Assembly (NCBI RefSeq): GCF_020745735.1
Contig: NC_083402.1
Coordinates: 8,012,004-8,076,003, forward strand
Reading direction: 5' to 3'
Length of the DNA stretch: 64,000 nt
Source: Hemiscyllium ocellatum
Taxonomy: Eukaryota
Below the pieces are notes generated by a model. It was not told the DNA's origin and made no database searches. It was given only the letters and a program-made list of their open reading frames with translations. The translations under genes were made by a program, and so were the position numbers. This document shows, piece by piece, positions 12,873 to 24,959 of this stretch. How positions within the stretch are numbered: the stretch's first letter is position 1; every line of letters starts with the position of its first letter.

Positions 12873-14305
12873 ATCAAGACAAAAGATGGAAAATTATAGG
12901 CCAATCAGCTTCACCTCGGTTGTTGGTAAAATTCTAGAATCCATCATTAAGGATGAGGTTTCTAAATTCTTGGAAGAGCAGAGTCTGATTAGAACAAGTC
13001 AACATGGTTTTAGTAAGGAGAGGTCATGCCTGACAAACCTGTTGGAATTTTTTGAAGAGGTAACAAGTAGGCTAGACCAAGGAAACCCAGTGGATGTGGT
13101 CTATCTAGACTTTCAAAAGGCCTTTGATAAGGTGCCACACGGGAGGCTGCTGAGCAAGGTGAGGGCCCATGGTGTTCGAGGTGAGCTGCTGGGATGGATT
13201 GAGGATTGGCTGTCTAACAGAAGGCAGAGAGTTGGGATAAAAGGTTCTTTTTCAGAATGGCAGCCGGTGACGAGCGGTGTCCCGCAGGGTTCAGTGTTGG
13301 GGCCACAGCTATTTGCATTATATATTAATGATCTGGATGAGGGGACTGGGGGCATTCTAGCGAAGTTTGCTGATGAAACGAAGTTAGGTGGACAGGCAGG
13401 TAGTACTGAGGAAGTGGGGAGGCTACAGAAGGATCTAGACAGGTTGGGAGAGTGGTCCAGGAAATGGCTGATGGAATTTAACGTGAGCAAGTGCAGGGTC
13501 TTGCACTTTGGCAAAAAGAATAAAAGCATAGACTACTTTCTAAATGGTGAGAAAATTAGTAAAGCCAAAGTACAAAGGGATCTGGGAGTGCTAGTCGAGG
13601 ATTCTCTAAAGGTAAACATGCAGGTTGAGTCTGAGATTAAGAAAGCGAATGCAATGTTGTCTCTTATTTCAAGAGGGTTGGAATATAAAAGCAGAGATGT
13701 GCTACTGAGACTTTATAAAGCTCTGGTTAGGCCCCATTTGGAGTACTGTGTCCAGTTTTGGTCCCCACACCTCAGGAAGGAGATACTGGCACTGGAACGT
13801 GTCCAGCGGAGATTCACACGGATGATCCCTGGAATGGCAGGTCTAACATATGAGGAACGGCTGAGGATCCTGGGATTGTATTCGTTGGAGTTTAGAAGAT
13901 TGAGGGGAGACTTAATAGAGACGTACAAGATAATACATGGCTTGGAAAGGGTGGACGCTAGGAAATTGTTTCCGTTAGGCGAGGAGACTAGGACCCATGG
14001 ACACAGCCTTAGAATTAGAGGGGGTCAATTCAGAACAGAAATGCGGAGACATTTCTTCAGCCAGAGAGTGGTGGGCCTGTGGAATTCATTGCCACAGAGT
14101 GCAGTGGAGGCCGGGACGCTAAATGTCTTCAAGGCCGAGATTGATAGATTCTTGTTGTCTCGAGGAATTAAGGGCTACGGGAGAACGCTGGTAAGTGGAG
14201 TTGAAATGTCCATCAGCCATGATTGAATGGCGGAGTGGACTCGATGGGCCGAATGGCCTTACTTCCACTCCTATGTCTTATGGTCTTATGGTCTTATGAT
14301 CTTAT
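12873..14305 (+). mobile_element. Young 5'-truncated CR1 nested in the older CR1; uninterrupted RT/C-terminal ORF
   Basis: ENYRPISFTSVVGK...YLDFQKAFDKVPHGRLL...[10 protein letters not shown]...FADETK with no stops to 14226; (CTTATGGT)n tail. The host element is split at gaggcattt|ggatggg. Confidence 0.9.
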
Positions 14306-14500
14306 GGATGGGTATATGAATAGGAAGGGTTTGGAGGAATATGGGCCGGGTGCTGGCAGGTGGGACTAGATTGGGTTGGGACATCTGGTCGGCATGGACG
14401 GGTTGGACCGAAGGGTCTGTTTCCATGCTGTACATCTCTATGACTCTATGACCCAGAGCATTTCTACAACCACGTTTATATCAGTCACTGATGACCTTAC

Positions 14501-14540
14501 CTTTTCAAAGCTGCGGTCAGATCCATTTGTTGTGAACCCC
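14501..14540 (-). CDS. Candidate cytoplasmic micro-exon 3 (GGSQQMDLTAALK)
   Basis: Acceptor catttttatctctttag, strong donor AAAAG|gtaagg; 40 nt, phase 1 to 2; lies in a unique island between repeats. Confidence 0.6.
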
Positions 14541-16176
14541 CTAAAGAGATAAAAATGATTCGTAAATATTTTGTTAAATTATGAACAAATTTGCCACATT
14601 GTCTCCACAGTTGGATGAGTCCCAAGCAAAACTATCCCTGACCAATAATATATACATTTTGCACGGTTAGATACAGTGATCTCTTGAATCTCATCTGATT
14701 GCTAAAGCTTTACTCAGGAGTGTCCTCCTTAGCCCAGTCCAATATCAATAATGGACCAACAACAAAAACAGAAGTTGCTGGAAAAGCTCAGCAGGTCTGG
14801 CAGCATCTCTGAAGAGAAATCAGAGTTAATGTTTCAGGTCTGCTGACCCTTCCCCAGAACTGACGGTAGCTCAGAAAATATTGGCTTAAATGCAGGAGAT
14901 AGGATGAGGGGAGGTGGTAAGATGTAAATGATAGTTGACCAAGTCAGATTAGAGTGTTTTACAATAATCAGTGGGAACAAGGGATCAGATGCAGGAAGAT
15001 GTGTTCAGTCAAAGAGCAGAAACAAGAGACAAAGGTATTAATATTGTTATGATCCCAGTTGATGTTATTACTGGACAAGTCAGGTCCCAGACTGAAACAG
15101 GTTTGCTCGAGCATATTTTGAGTTGTTTTTGTTTTTGATGAAATGGTCTCTCTCTGAAAGATAAGAGCACGATGCTGCAGAGTTTGCTGTCATACTATAG
15201 CAGAAGCTCATTCCCAAAAGGAATGAAGATAAAACATGTGTCTACTGAAGACATAAGTTCAAAAAAGTTTAAACATAGAGTCAAACTTTATCACATTAAT
15301 GCCAAAATACTTCTTTATAAATCAAAAATAATAAAAGCTCTGTGTCAACCCTAGCACTCATCCCCAGTACAGTACTCAAAAATACATCTTGTTTTATACC
15401 CAGAAAGACGACTTGGGCAAGACTAACCCCAGGGTCCCTGTTTCTAACACACTGGGAGATTTAATTTTGATCATAAGCGGTCAATGAGCTAAAGATCACT
15501 CATAAATTATGTGAAGGGAATGGTCAAGAGATACAGTTACAGATATCTCACGAGGAGTAATAGTTAACTGTAAAAAAATTAATGACAGTGTCAAACTGAA
15601 AGAAAACACAAATATTTACACAAAATAAAGGAACAGGTAAGAAGATTGGACAGGATATAAAAATCATCAAAGGCAACAAAATTCATAAGGAGGGAAAACT
15701 TACTGTACAGAGAAAGTTAGGCAGTAATATAAGAGTGGATAGTTAGAGTTTCTCGAGACATTTTGCAGGTATGTTGGTGAGACAGCTGCATTGTGATGTA
15801 CAGCATGGATTCAATTACCACATTAGCTGATCTTACCACAAAGGTCCCAATTTTTCAAACTTCACCTCTTACTTGAGGTAAGATGATTATCAGGTTAAAC
15901 ACACCACCAGTCATCTGTTTCTCTCTCTCTCTCTCTCTCTCTGATCAGAGAACACCACTGTGGTCCTCTGGGAATATGGCAACGTTACATTTAGATGGTT
16001 TAAAAACAACAGGAGTTTGTAGAATTAGTCATGGAAATGGCAATTGCATTAACTGGGTATTTTGCATTAGTCTTCAGGATAAGGGATACAAATAACATTC
16101 CAGATCATTATAAATCCAGAAAATTCCAAACACCAGAGAAGTGGTCCTGAGTAAATCATTGATGCTGTGGACTGAC

Positions 16177-16228
16177 CGTTCCCTGAGTCCCTGTTGGACT
16201 TCATCCCAGGGTCTTTAAAGAGGAGCTG
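16177..16228 (-). CDS. Candidate cytoplasmic micro-exon 2 (QLLFKDPGMKSNRDSGN)
   Basis: Acceptor caattttcccag, donor AAC G|gtcagt; 52 nt, phase 0 to 1. Confidence 0.5.
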
Positions 16229-16847
16229 CTGGGAAAATTGAACAATTGCTTTACATTTCCCACAATCCCCAAGGTTCTGGGCTGGTCCCACTGCCTTCAA
16301 CAATAGCGAATGTAACTCCTGTATTCAAAAAGAGACGATGTTTTTAATTTGACCAACCAGAGCAAAGGTAGGTCACGAGGTCAGCCCCAAACCAGACCAG
16401 TGCCTGAGCACTGCCCCCACTGCACAGGCCCGAACAGGAGCCCATGTGACCATTCCAACCCGAGATGTCTGTTACTCAGACTATCTGAGGCACCAGGTTG
16501 TCTTTTTGCAGCAAATCAATTTGAACAATAAAAACACAAAAAGGAATTGTTTCAAATTGCAGCTTCCTTTATGTTCTATCGAGATTCTGTACTGAGTGGG
16601 AATGAATGGAAAAGATTTGGTCTGTTGGGATTCTGTCAAGTGGAAGTGAATGAGAAGACATTTTGGTGCATTGAGAGTTGGCAGTAATGGGGAGAAGAAT
16701 GGGGATTAATCCATCAGAGTTTAATAGAATGGATTGGAATGGCCTTGCTTGTGAAACAGCCTCAATCTTCAATCACCCATGAGTCAGACATCAGACAGTG
16801 GGTGATGCTATTGAACAGGCCATCTTCACCCACCCTCCACCACCCAC

Positions 16848-16879
16848 CAAAGACAAAGCCAGCGTTTTCAGAGAATGTA
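16848..16879 (-). CDS. Candidate cytoplasmic micro-exon 1 (VHSLKTLALSL)
   Basis: Branch-like cactaac plus tctctcctcttcag acceptor, donor TTG|gtgggt; 32 nt, phase 1 to 0, in frame with the TM exon. Confidence 0.5.
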
Positions 16880-16988
16880 CTGAAGAGGAGAGAGTTAGTG
16901 AGGGAAAATTAATCCAGGGCCATTGTTTATTGCTGTTTCAAAAACAGAACCATATTGTTTTATTAACCTCATTCTCTACAGAACCCAC

Positions 16989-17105
16989 CTCCTTTCTTCC
17001 TGAAGGTGATGAAGATGATGACAATGATGATGAGGAGGAGGAGGAGGATGAGCAGTGGAATGACCAGCGAATATACTGAGACATACTGAGCAGGCTGAGT
17101 CTTCA
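16989..17105 (-). CDS. Transmembrane exon of the Ig-type receptor (no charged TM residue)
   Basis: Acceptor gttcttgctgttttacag|TG, donor GGA G|gtgggt; 117 nt, phase 1/1. Translates xKTQPAQYVSVYSLVIPLLILLLLLIIIVIIFITFRKKG: long hydrophobic run followed by an RKK stop-transfer. Confidence 0.88.
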
Positions 17106-17913
17106 CTGTAAAACAGCAAGAACAACATTGGTTAGTAATATCTCAATGTTGCTGCAGTGAAACCTGTAGCAGGGTGATAGAGTGTGAGATTAAATGTACA
17201 CATTGGGCATTCTTTGACAGAACAAAGCAGTTCATCCCCCTCCCTCTGTCCGTCCCTATAACCTTGTAACTTGCTCCTTTCCGAATACTGATCCCTTGTT
17301 TCTGAAAGATGCCCCTGTTGAATCTGTTTCCATCACCCTGTCAGGCAGTGCTTTCCAGATCAGGACAATTCTTGAAGGAGGCAGCTGCTTAATTCTGTGA
17401 CACAGAACAGAAGGTGAGATGGATATTTTACACCATTCCACAGGGCAGTTGTTGGATCCGGTGCTGACTTGCCCGGTCTCAGCTGGATAATGGGAAGGAC
17501 AGATTTAGCTCCAGCTCCCCCCGGACTGAGGGAGAGAAGAATTGGTAATAGTGACTGTCCTCGGGATTCCGGCACACCAGATGTTGTCATGAAGGAATCA
17601 ATAACAAATATTGCTGGAGAAACTCTGCAGGTCTGGCAGCTATCTGTGGACAGAACTCAGAATGAAAGCTTTGAGTCCAGTGATCCTTCATCAGAACTGA
17701 CAGCTGCTAAGGAAACTGTTGACAGGGGATTATGGGACTGGGGTGGGAGTGGGGAAAATGAGTGAGAGGCTGGGTGGTGACTGAGCCCAGAAGGTGAGAA
17801 AGACAGTCACATAGACAAAGGGACACTGAATGGCCCTCCAGGGAGAAAGACAATGTGATAATGGGGACCAGGAAGTAGGTGAAAGCAGCTCATGTCATTA
17901 CCAGGCCTGAGAT

Positions 17914-18480
17914 GTGCTGTGGTGGGATTTGAACCTATGATCTGATGTCTGGATTGGTCACCCAGTTACAGTAGCAGAAAAGCGCCACCTTTCTTTATAA
18001 CCCATGTGTGAATGCAGGACGAGGATTGGTTCCACATTGTTGTGCTTCCTCACACAGTCAGATGGACACTGGGGGAACATACTAACATTGATGGAAGTAT
18101 TCCTGATGAAGATGTGAACACTTTCATTGTAACCAAGAGGGACACATTAAGCTGTTGCACCTTCCTGCTCGAGGAGATGATCTCAGTGTCAGTATAACTT
18201 TGGTGCATTTGGAGATTGAACTGAATGTTCTGAGTGTGTCAATGTCTTTCATTACTGACATCAGAATGAACCTAAAAGAATTAGCTCATCAAATTACACT
18301 GAACATTTAAAAAAATCAAATTTCAAACACAAAAGCAAAATCTTGCAGATGCTGGGAATTTGAAATAAAAATCAAATAGTCAGCAGGCCAGCTAATACCT
18401 GTGGAGAGAAACAGGTTAACATTTTAGTTCAATGACCTTTGACTAGAAAATCAAATTGTAAAATGTTCACACAATCGGTT
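17914..18480. repeat. Older paralog of the VB 3' intron (matches 35880-36435 and ~63447-64000)
   Basis: Shared blocks such as ctttataacccatgtgtgaatgcagg, cacacagtcagatggacactggg, actgacatcagaatg, agaaaatcaaat; visibly more diverged than the A/B pair. Confidence 0.85.
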
Positions 18481-18554
18481 CCACCCACACTATCGACCCT
18501 TCACAGACTAAAGCCTTGATCATGGTCATTAAGTTATGAGGGTGTGACTGGCTC

Positions 18555-18845
18555 AGTCAGCCTTTATTGCCCATGCCTCATAGTTAAGAATCAGCCACGT
18601 TATTGTGTGTATGGAGTCACATGTAGGCCAGGCCAGGTTAGAATGGCAGTTTCCTTCCCTAAAGGACATCAATGATCCAGATGGGGATTTACAACAATCA
18701 ACAGTGGTCACACAGCCATCGCTAGATTCTTACTTTGACAATTTATTTGATTTCACATTGTACCATCTGCCAAGGTGGGATTTGAACCCTGGTCCCCAGA
18801 ACATTACCTGGGTCTCTGGATTAATAGTCCAGCAATAATACCATC
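18555..18845 (-). mobile_element. Deu-domain-type SINE in the VB1 3' intron
   Basis: ggagtcacatgtaggccag...cagtttccttccctaaaggacatc...gatttgaaccctggtccccagaacatt; absent from the paralogous VB2 intron. Confidence 0.7.
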
Positions 18846-18878
18846 AGTTGTTGCCTTTTTTGCAGAATAATTTCTTAC

Positions 18879-19225
18879 ATGTACCAGTAGCCGGGTTTCC
18901 TTCGGGATCAGATACTGAGAATCAGGGTCTGACCTGTATTCCACCAGACACAGGTAAGTGTGATTGTCCCTCACACTCAGCTGGTTTATCCTGGTCGAGG
19001 CGTTTCCCTCCTCTGGGTTCCCGATGAGCTCGTACCGATTTCCACCGTGTCCAGTTGTCCAAGTTCCCTGTGATTGGGCTGTAAATGTAACAATGTGTTG
19101 GTAGGTCCCCTTCCCCATCCAGGTAACAGTGGTCAGGGTGTGGGAGTCTCAGCTCCTGAAGATACAGGGTAAAGTAACTAAATCTCCCTCTGGCCCAGTC
19201 ACCACTGAGACATTTCCCTGAGCAG
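18879..19225 (-). pseudogene. Disabled second V exon (VB1)
   Basis: Paralog of VB2. In-frame TGA at 19149-19151 at the position of Trp (TGG) in VB2. The exon ends CAT|gtaaga (phase 0) instead of CAT G|gtaaga, so it is out of phase with the TM exon. Confidence 0.88.
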
Positions 19226-19821
19226 CTGAGGAAAGGACAAACATCAGAATGGATGAGGTCAGTGCCCAGAAGTTCCAGATTCAATTTTTTACATTTCTTT
19301 CAACTTCACAATGAAATAAGTAATTAAATACCCCACACATATTTCTCATGGATCTGGGCCAGGCAATTATAGTTTCCTGAAGGACGCACCATGTTGAAAA
19401 TCACTTATGCTCCATCCCATCATTTTGAGTTTCTCATTCGTGGGATAGTTACAGATTAGGAAATGGACTGAACCCACATGACTTCATTCATTCTGGGCAC
19501 AACATCCCTCCCACTTCACTAGAACCTTTTGTTTTTCATTCCACAGCCTTATACTTCAGTCTGTGCTCCTTCATTCTGTGAAGGGGATGGGTGCGGGGGT
19601 GCTGTGTTTAGGAATTAGACCCACTCTGGACCACCTTTATACATTAATAATCCCATGAAAGAGGTAATCTCCCCCCATCTCCATCCTAATGTGAAATTAG
19701 TTTCAGATTCACCCACATCCTCTCAGCATCTACTCCCTCAAGATCCCTCAGGATCTTGCAAGTTTCAATAAAGTCACTTCTCAATTTTCAGCAACGAGCA
19801 GCCCCCATCTGACTCTGAACC

Positions 19822-19984
19822 AATCAGGATGGGCAGGTAACAACACTCTGACATTCTCAGCCAATGGGAGGTAGGTCTTCACATATTCTTGGCCAATGAG
19901 ACCTGAAGTTCCACAATGTGCTCACTCAGTGAGGGATTGGAAGATACTTGCACTATCTTGTCCTCAGTCAATGCCAATTATTGG
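19822..19984. promoter_or_regulatory. Cluster of regularly spaced CCAAT/ATTGG boxes
   Basis: CCAAT at 19822, 19861, 19893, 19974 and ATTGG at 19936, 19980; function inferred only. Confidence 0.3.
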
Positions 19985-20209
19985 ATTGACTACAAGAAGG
20001 AGGTCATTTTACCCATTGGGTCCTAATTAGCTCCACATGGAACAATCTAGGTGAGATCCACTCATCTGTTCGATTCCCTCAAGTTTTGCCAGTTCACTTC
20101 CTTCAAGGGCCTATCAGGTTTAATTCTGAGATCAATGACTGTTTCCACATGCCATTTCGTTGATGTTGGTGACTGTCAGTCATCAGTACTCACTGTGTAA
20201 ACATTTCTC

Positions 20210-23200
20210 TCTCACATTCTCTCTGGACCTCTGCCCCGAAATCTGAGGCCTGCATCCTTGTCCCAAAATAGATAGACCTTATGCTTGTTTACTTTCTCTT
20301 CGCCTGTCACTGTCTCAATCAAATCTCCCCTCAATCTCCTCAGCTCCAAGGACAATGACCCTTGCTTCTCAAAACGTATAAAGAAAACCAGTCTCCGATC
20401 CTCTCCCTGAAACATCCCTAACCCATCCCTGGAATAATTTGAGTCACTCTGCACTCTGTCAAGGACTTTCACATTCCTCTTAATGGGTGGTGACAGATCT
20501 GGACACAATACCCTCATTGGGGCATAGTTGGAGAGTTAACAATGTCCACAGTTGTTCAGCCCCTGAACTGAAAAGTCAGGAATGATGGGGCATTATTGTC
20601 ATGTGAAAGCGAGTGTGAGGAGAGGGGCTTTGCGGAAACAGTGATGGGAGTTTGGAATGCTCTCCCTTGGGAGGGTAATAGAGGCGGAAAACCTGGCAAC
20701 ATTTAAAAAGTATCTGGATGAGCAGTTGAACCATCATAATATTCCTACGAGGGGAAAGCCATAGTGGCCAGGTCTCTGGCACTGAGCCTGGATCTGTGGC
20801 TCAGAAGGGAAGGGGGAGAATAGAAAAGCGCTTGTGGTAGGAGACTCAATCATTGGAGGAACAAATTTAGATTTGAATTCAGGAGCTATGTTTAGTAAGT
20901 TTGCAGATGACAGCAAAATCGATGATGTCGTGAACAGCGAAGAGGGTTATCTCAGAGTACACAGGACTTTGATCAGATGAGATGATGGGCTGAGGAATGG
21001 CAGATGGAGTTTAATTTAGATAAATGTGAGATGTTACATTTTAGTAGGACAAATCAGTGTATGGCTTATACACTTAATGGTTGGGTCCTGGGGAGTGTTG
21101 CTGAACAAAGAGGTCTTGGAGTGAAGATTCATTGTTCTTTGAAAGTAGAGTCACAGGTAGACAGGTTACTGAAGAGGGTGCTTGGTACGCTTGCCTTTCT
21201 TGGTCAGTGCATTGAGTATAACAGTTTGGGGGGTAATGTTGTTACTCAACAGGTCACTGGTAAGGCCACTTTTGGAATATTGCATTCACCTCTGGTTTCC
21301 CTGCTGTCGGAAAGGTTTTGTGATATTAGAAAGGGTTCAGGAAATATATGGGAGGATGTTGCCAGGGTTGGAGTGTTTGAATATAAGGAGAAGCTGAATA
21401 GGTTTGGGCTATTTTCCCTGGAGCATCAGAGGCTGAAGGCTGAGCTTTTAGAAGGAGCATGGAGAGGGTGATTCGTCAAGACATTTTCCCCAGGGTATGG
21501 GAATCCAAAACTAGAAGGCATAGGTTTAATGGGAGAGAGGAAAGATTTGAAAAGGGACCTTTTACATGAAGAGGGTGATGCCTGTATGAATAGGAAGGTT
21601 TAGAAGGAAATGGGCCAAATGCTGTCAAATGAGACTGGATTAATTAGAATATCTGGTTGCCGGGGACGAGTTGTGCTGGAGGGTCTGTTTCCATGCTGTA
21701 CACATCTATACGGCTAATAACTATCACGAGAGAAAACCCGCAAAGGAAACTGATGGAGTTAAAGACCAATTAGTCCCCTGGACCTGACTAGATGCATCTA
21801 GGGTATTAAAGGAAGTTATTGAAGAGACAATAAAAGCACATGTGTTCACTTTCCAAGAATCTTTGGAAAGTTCCCAGAGAATTGGAAATCTCCCAAAGTA
21901 ACACTCTTGTTTTCAATGGAAAGGAAACAGAAAATAAAAGTTACCCAATGTGTCCATCACTTGGAGTTCTGAAGCAATGTGGTCACACTGGGGATGGCGG
22001 ATGTTTCCTTTCAAGATGGCAGGAAAAAAGAAGGGACTGCATCAGGCAGCAGGCTGGATATAGTTTACTGGCACATTGCTACAAGGTTTCCATCAACTAC
22101 AGTAACAAGCGTCTGGTTAGATTTCTGAAGGTCACTGTGTGGATAGCTGAGTACAATACATGATGGAATGCCCTGCAAATTGGGAGAAGAGTGAGAATTG
22201 GGGGCGTAATTTGAGATAAAGACATCAGCAAAAATGAAAGTGAAAAAATGGGGATGCAGAAAATTATAAATAAAAAGAAGCTGCTGGAGAAACTCAGCAG
22301 GTCTGGCATCCTGTGTGGTGTCAGAAACAGAGTTAACATTTCAGGCTAACAACTTTCCATGAGTGAGGAAAGCACAGATATGTTGCTCCAAGTGTTGTGT
22401 TTGAAGCAAATTAAGTATTTCCATGGCATAGTCCTGGCAATCTCATCGGGGAAATAGACAAGGCCTTTTTCCTGGTGTGGGAAAGTGTAGAACTAGAGGG
22501 CATAAGTTTAGGGTGAGAGGGGAAACATTTAAAAGGGACCTAAAGGACAACTTTTTCATGCTGAAGGTGGTGCATGTATGGAATGAGATGTCCGAGGAAG
22601 TGGTGGAGTCAGGTACAATTACAATATTTAAAAGGCATCTGGATAGGTATATGAACAGGAAGGGTTTAGAGAGATAGGGCCCAAGCACTGGCAAAAGGGA
22701 CGAGATTAATTTAGGAAATCTGGTCAGCATGGATGAGTTGGACCGAAGGGTCTGTTTTCGTGCTGTACATCTCTATGACTCTGTAGACCAATTAGTTCAT
22801 GTCTGTTATTGGAAAAATGTGAGATCAAAATTAAGATGTCTTGGCAGGACATTTAGAAATGTATACTATGATCAAGCAGAGTAAACATGACTTCATAAAG
22901 AGGAAATTATCTTGAATTCTTTGAGATGGTTACAAGTTTGATAGATAAAGGGGAATTGGTGGATATTTCATATGATTTGGGAAGATCTTTCAGAAGGTGC
23001 AACACATTAAGCTCCTTAACACGATTAGATTCTATGGTGCTGGTGGTAGTATACAAATATGGATAGAGAATTGACTAACTGATAGAAAACAGAGTGTTGG
23101 GATAAGGCGGAAGTGATATCCAGCCTGCAAACTGTAATTAATGGTGTATCACAGGATCTGAGATGGGGCCACATTTATTATAATATACATTAATGATTTG

Positions 23201-24100
23201 GATGAGGTCAGTGAATGCACTGTAGCCAAGTTTGCTGATGACAAAAATGTAGGTGAGAAGGCAAGTGATGAGAATGAAATACAGAAGCTGCAGAGAGATG
23301 TTGACAGGTTAAATAGTGGGAAAGACTTGGCTGTTGGAATATAATGTGGAAAATGTGAGGTTATACATTTGGCAGAAAGAATAGAGAGGCTGAATATTAG
23401 TGAAACAGAGAAAGCCTGCAGAAAGTTCCAGAACAGAAGAATATGGAAGTTTCACAAAAACATTCAGCAGAGAGTAGGGAAGGGCAATGGAATGCTGACC
23501 TTTATTTCAAATGGAATAGAATTTTAAAGTGGGGAGGTTTTACCAGACACTAGTTAGCTCACAGCTGGAATATTGTGGATAGGTTTGGTCCCTTATCAAA
23601 GGAAAGTGAAACTGGCATTGGAGGCAGTCCAGAGAAGATTCAATGAGTTGATGCCAGGTCGGGAGGGGCTGTCTTATGGGCAGCGTTTGACAAGATTGAG
23701 CCTGTGCTTGATGGATTACAGAAGAATGACAAGTGACCAGATTGAGACATTAAAGATGCTTCAAGTGCTTGATAAGGTGGATGCAGCGTGGTTGTCCCCC
23801 TTGTCAGGAACAGAGGGCATCAGCTCAGAATGAAGGGTTACACATTTCAGATGAGAGGAATGTTTTCTCTAAGAGGGTAGTGAATCTCTGGACTACTTTA
23901 CCACAGAGAGCAGTTAATGTTGGGTCATTAAGTATAGCCAAGGCTAAGATAGACAAATTTTTAATCATTCACGGAATCAGGGATTGTGAAGATAAAGCAA
24001 GGATGGGGAATTGACGTTTATCATCTCAGTCATGATCTCATTTAATGTGGAACAGACTCAATGGGCTGAATGGCCTTCCTCTGTTCCTATGTCTTATGGG
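20210..24100. mobile_element. Patchwork of decayed CR1 fragments (mostly +) in the VA1-VB1 intron
   Basis: MEFNLDKCEMLHF, RTRGHKFRVRG, aagtttgctgatgac, CR1 3' tails (ctctatgactc). Confidence 0.8.
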
Positions 24101-24593
24101 CTACCTGCCTCAGTTCTCAACACTTCCATTTCTGAAACCTGTAAATCCCACTTACTTTTCCAACCACATTCTCAACATGTCCTGACATCTTCAAAAACCG
24201 ATGCACTCTGACCCCCGACTTCCTTTATCCAGATCCATCCTTGAGATCCCTGTCATTGACTCCATATTGCCCAGAGGGAACATGGAACCAGGTGGATCTT
24301 GGAGCTTGCATCCTTTGTGATGTTTTCTCTGGTCCCGACCTCAGAATACTGAAGCCAGTTTGAACACAACAAGTTAGGGAGTTGATGGGAGACTGTGGGA
24401 AGTTTCAGACACAGTGATGGAATGGTCCATAAATCCCAGCCTTCTCTCTCTCTCTCTCCTTCTCACTGTCTCCTGCCTGAGACCAACTGAAAGAGCCCAA
24501 GAGCAAGAGCCAACCCGAGAGCTCCCGGTCCAGGTGGACCCTGTTCCCATTGAGCTATCGGGGCAGTGACACCATCCAAATATTGTTCCTTAC

Positions 24594-24959
24594 CTTCAAC
24601 TTCCAGCTTTGTTGGAGACTGTGTTTGAAAACTATCAATATTGAGCTCCACATGACACTGATAGGGACCAGCATCCTCCTGGCTCAGTCCCCCCATCATT
24701 ACTGAGGCATCTTTGTTGGTGAGTCTCCCCACGAATTTGAATCAATTCCCACTGTCCAGCTGTATCGCATTCTCACACAGCTCACCCTGGGAATGGTATG
24801 GACCAGGATATGTACAGTTAAAGATAAAAGCCCGTGTTTCCTCCTTGTACCATAAGACGGAGCCGGTGAGTGTGAGGTGAGTGTCAGGGTGGGTGAAGCT
24901 GCAGGGTAAGACAGCAGAGCCTCCTTCCTCAGCCCTCACTCCATCCGCTATTGTCATTG
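24594..24959 (-). pseudogene. Disabled Siglec-15-like V exon (VA1), main body
   Basis: Paralog of VA2. In-frame TGA at 24742-24744 where VA2 has CGA; YQCHVE instead of YRCRVE; donor GAA G|gtaagg intact. Its 5' end is separated by a CR1 insertion. Confidence 0.88.

Noticed and set aside
12673-14226. 517-aa ORF as a cellular or domesticated reverse transcriptase gene
   Set aside because: Chimera of two CR1 copies, 5'-truncated, with a retrotransposon tail; no exon or promoter evidence.
16798-17079. Plus-strand ORF with a poly-acidic tract (DEDDDNDDEEEEEDE)
   Set aside because: It is the antisense reading of the Ile/Leu-rich TM exon (ATC/CTC codons).
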